A DNA stretch of 64,000 nt from Lama glama. Its lineage: Eukaryota. Each line of letters starts with the position of its first letter. The stretch's first letter is position 1. Below the pieces are notes generated by a model. It did not search any database. It was not told the DNA's origin and saw only the letters and a program-made list of their open reading frames with translations. The position numbers and the translations under genes were made by a program. The DNA is taken from the NCBI GenBank assembly GCA_028534125.1, contig CM052818.1, positions 5,086,001 to 5,150,000 on the forward strand, in the 5' to 3' direction. Positions 61,681 to 64,000 of this stretch are shown one piece after another.

Positions 61681-63109
61681 ATAGTAGTTCCTAGAAGATA
61701 AGATGAAAATTCCGAAAGGGTGCTTTCAAACATATTTTTTTCTTTTAAAAAATTTTCTTTCATTGTAGAGGCAGAACGTTGAAAACACCAGGAAAGGTGG
61801 TGGTGGTGGTGGGGTGTCGCTGTATACAAAATCAGCTAGTGTAAATCAGTGTTATACAACTAACTCATGATGTTGGGCGAATGAGGGGACTGCCACACAC
61901 CTTTAGGGCAGAAAGTCTTATTAGTCTGCAATGCAATAAACAATGGATTCCAAATTCAAACTCAGAACAGTTCTAAATCAAAGCCATAAGGTGAAAAATG
62001 ATGGGATTAGCAACAGCAGTGGCCTTACCGGGTGCACCTGCTGTGAGCAACCAATGGAGATGCTTGAGAGAAAATCCCAAGGCTCGACCAAGGGCGAAGA
62101 TGCAACGTTGAAACGGGTGAGAGATGAAGCTGAGGTTCTGGATGTTTAAGCGTGTTTGCAAGGTCAGAACTGAAGACTGAGTTTCCCGGGAACTCTTCCT
62201 TAAGGACAACTGAGCTCCAGGTAGTATTTTTAAAGGCAAGTTGGTCAGTACTTTCTGAGGATTTCTAACGGAACGGGCTCACTGTTTGACCACTCTTGGT
62301 TTTGTTGATATCTTTTTTTTTTTTTTAATTCTTGTGTGTGTGCGTGTGTATGTGTGTGTGGGCGTTGATCTCATCTGATCCAGGATGGTCGAGATAATAG
62401 TCAGAATTATCCCTGGAGACATAAAGCAATGTTAGCATGTTCAAAACCCTCTAGTTGTGTGGCCAGACAGGTCTGTTCGTTCATATCTAGTTGCCGTAGT
62501 GGTGTCAATGGATGAACAAAGCCTGCTAGCCATGGGAGTCCCTCATCCTGTCCCATTTTCCAATTTTAGTGCTGCCTATAGGTGTTGGATTGGCTCTTTT
62601 CAGAGGAATTTGTTTTGGGGTTTTGGCTTTTGATTTTATCAAGCTAACACAACCAATAGCTACAGAAAAATCATTCCTGTTTGCTCCTAATGAGGAGGAT
62701 AAAAACATTGTACATGATTCTTGTATGTTAAATTTTTACGTATCAGTCAGCCACATTATGGTTTTTTAAATCGATAATTCAACAATTAATCTGCTGTCCA
62801 AAGAATCAGTGTCATTAATAATATGTCGGTGGCGGCTCTAATAAATATTGTGACATGAAATTATTGGCTATTCGTCACCAATCAGGTTTGGCTTCAAATA
62901 ACATGGTGAAAATATTTGCAAAATATTTGATTTTCCAATACCCCCACAGTAACATCAAGTCAAGCTCATCTTCCAGCAGAAAAAGTGGACAAGCCTAATA
63001 ATAGCGAAGCCTCCTACATCATACAGGTAAGTAGTTTTGCAGCCCACTTTGGGTGGGGGTAAGCTTTCTCCGAATTCTGGCAATAAAACGTTTAGCACAT
63101 AGCCAGGAC

Positions 63110-63170
63110 TAACAATAGCTAGCACTGATGAAGCGCTTACTGTGTGCCAGGCTCAGCGGTAGTCTTATGA
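63110..63170 (-). mobile_element. MIR 3' fragment
   Basis: aacaatagctagcactgatgaagcgcttactgtgtgccaggc. Confidence 0.7.
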
Positions 63171-64000
63171 CTCCCCCGATGCACAACGGGGTGAAGGTGA
63201 AGACACTGCAAAGGGCAGCAGCCTGACCCCGACCCAGAAGTTAACGAGAAAATAACGCACAACGCGTATTCGAGGAGTCTGACGTCCTTTCAGATAACTT
63301 GGAAATGTGATTTCCCCATAAATGCCATTTCTTTGGCTTCCATACAGGAGTCTGGCTGGGGCTTATGTCTAATTTCTCCAGCATCCCTTCGTCTCACCAG
63401 CTGTTCAGTGGTCACTGCTGATGTCTTCCAGTTGGTCTTGAAGAGAGAGTTTCAAAACCTACTGAGATGGATTATGTTCTTTCAGTTCTTCATTTCTCCT
63501 GTCTGGGTGCTGTGAAGGCAACTCTAATCTGATCTCGACCTCACCCCCTGGAGCCCTCTCACCCTGGCCACTTTGCAACACCCAGGATCACAACAATCAC
63601 ACAAGAGATCAGCTGGAATGCATTATTCAGTTCCAGGCAATCTTCAAATAACAGAACATAAACAAATATATAATGAACCGAATCTCTTCTTTGTGCTGAT
63701 TAAACTGAGCTGTCAGGGATTTCCTCCATGTTAACCACAGTGCTAGAAAATAAAGTACAGGCTTGGAACATAAATATCAAAAAATTACTTAATGAATATG
63801 GCGAAGAAGCTGAGACATCAGCTGAATCAGGAGAAAGCACTGCTGATTGCAAATCATTAGACTGCTACGCAGCTGAGCAAATTATTATACAAACCGTAGC
63901 TCACAGCGGGGAGTACCTGCAGTGCCCAGCTCCTGCATTTACACCCCAAAAGTGCTGAGGTGTCAGAGGTGCCACATGACCTGACGGATGTCCACCTGTG

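Overview
This is mammalian, non-coding genomic DNA (intergenic or deep intronic) with one 500-N assembly gap at 49513-50012. The species is probably a camelid: there is a tRNA-Ala(AGC)-derived Vic-1-type SINE and cetartiodactyl-type L1 3' ends, and I saw no Alu, Bov-tA/BovB, PRE-1 or Can-SINE. I recognise no protein-coding gene. The listed ORFs are chance ORFs, transposon-derived, or N-artefacts. The window is a mosaic of L1 3' fragments, old L2/MIR/CR1(L3) relics, MaLR/ERVL/ERV1 LTRs and hAT/TcMar DNA-transposon fragments, with several repeat-free, motif-dense blocks that may be enhancers. Family names come from my recollection of consensus sequences and should be confirmed with RepeatMasker/Dfam. 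I found no convincing new gene system. The best observations are: (1) a ~560-bp inversion at ~18495-19053 that cut one SINE in half, reconstructable from its TSDs and inverted breakpoint duplications; (2) a TSD-flanked, polyadenylated ~145-bp orphan retro-insert inside a nested transposon stack at 32913-33090; (3) a CR1/L3 reverse-transcriptase fossil that can still be read at protein level at 58861-59290; and (4) candidate regulatory modules at ~12.9-13.2 kb, ~37.3-37.5 kb, ~50.8 kb and ~62.8 kb.
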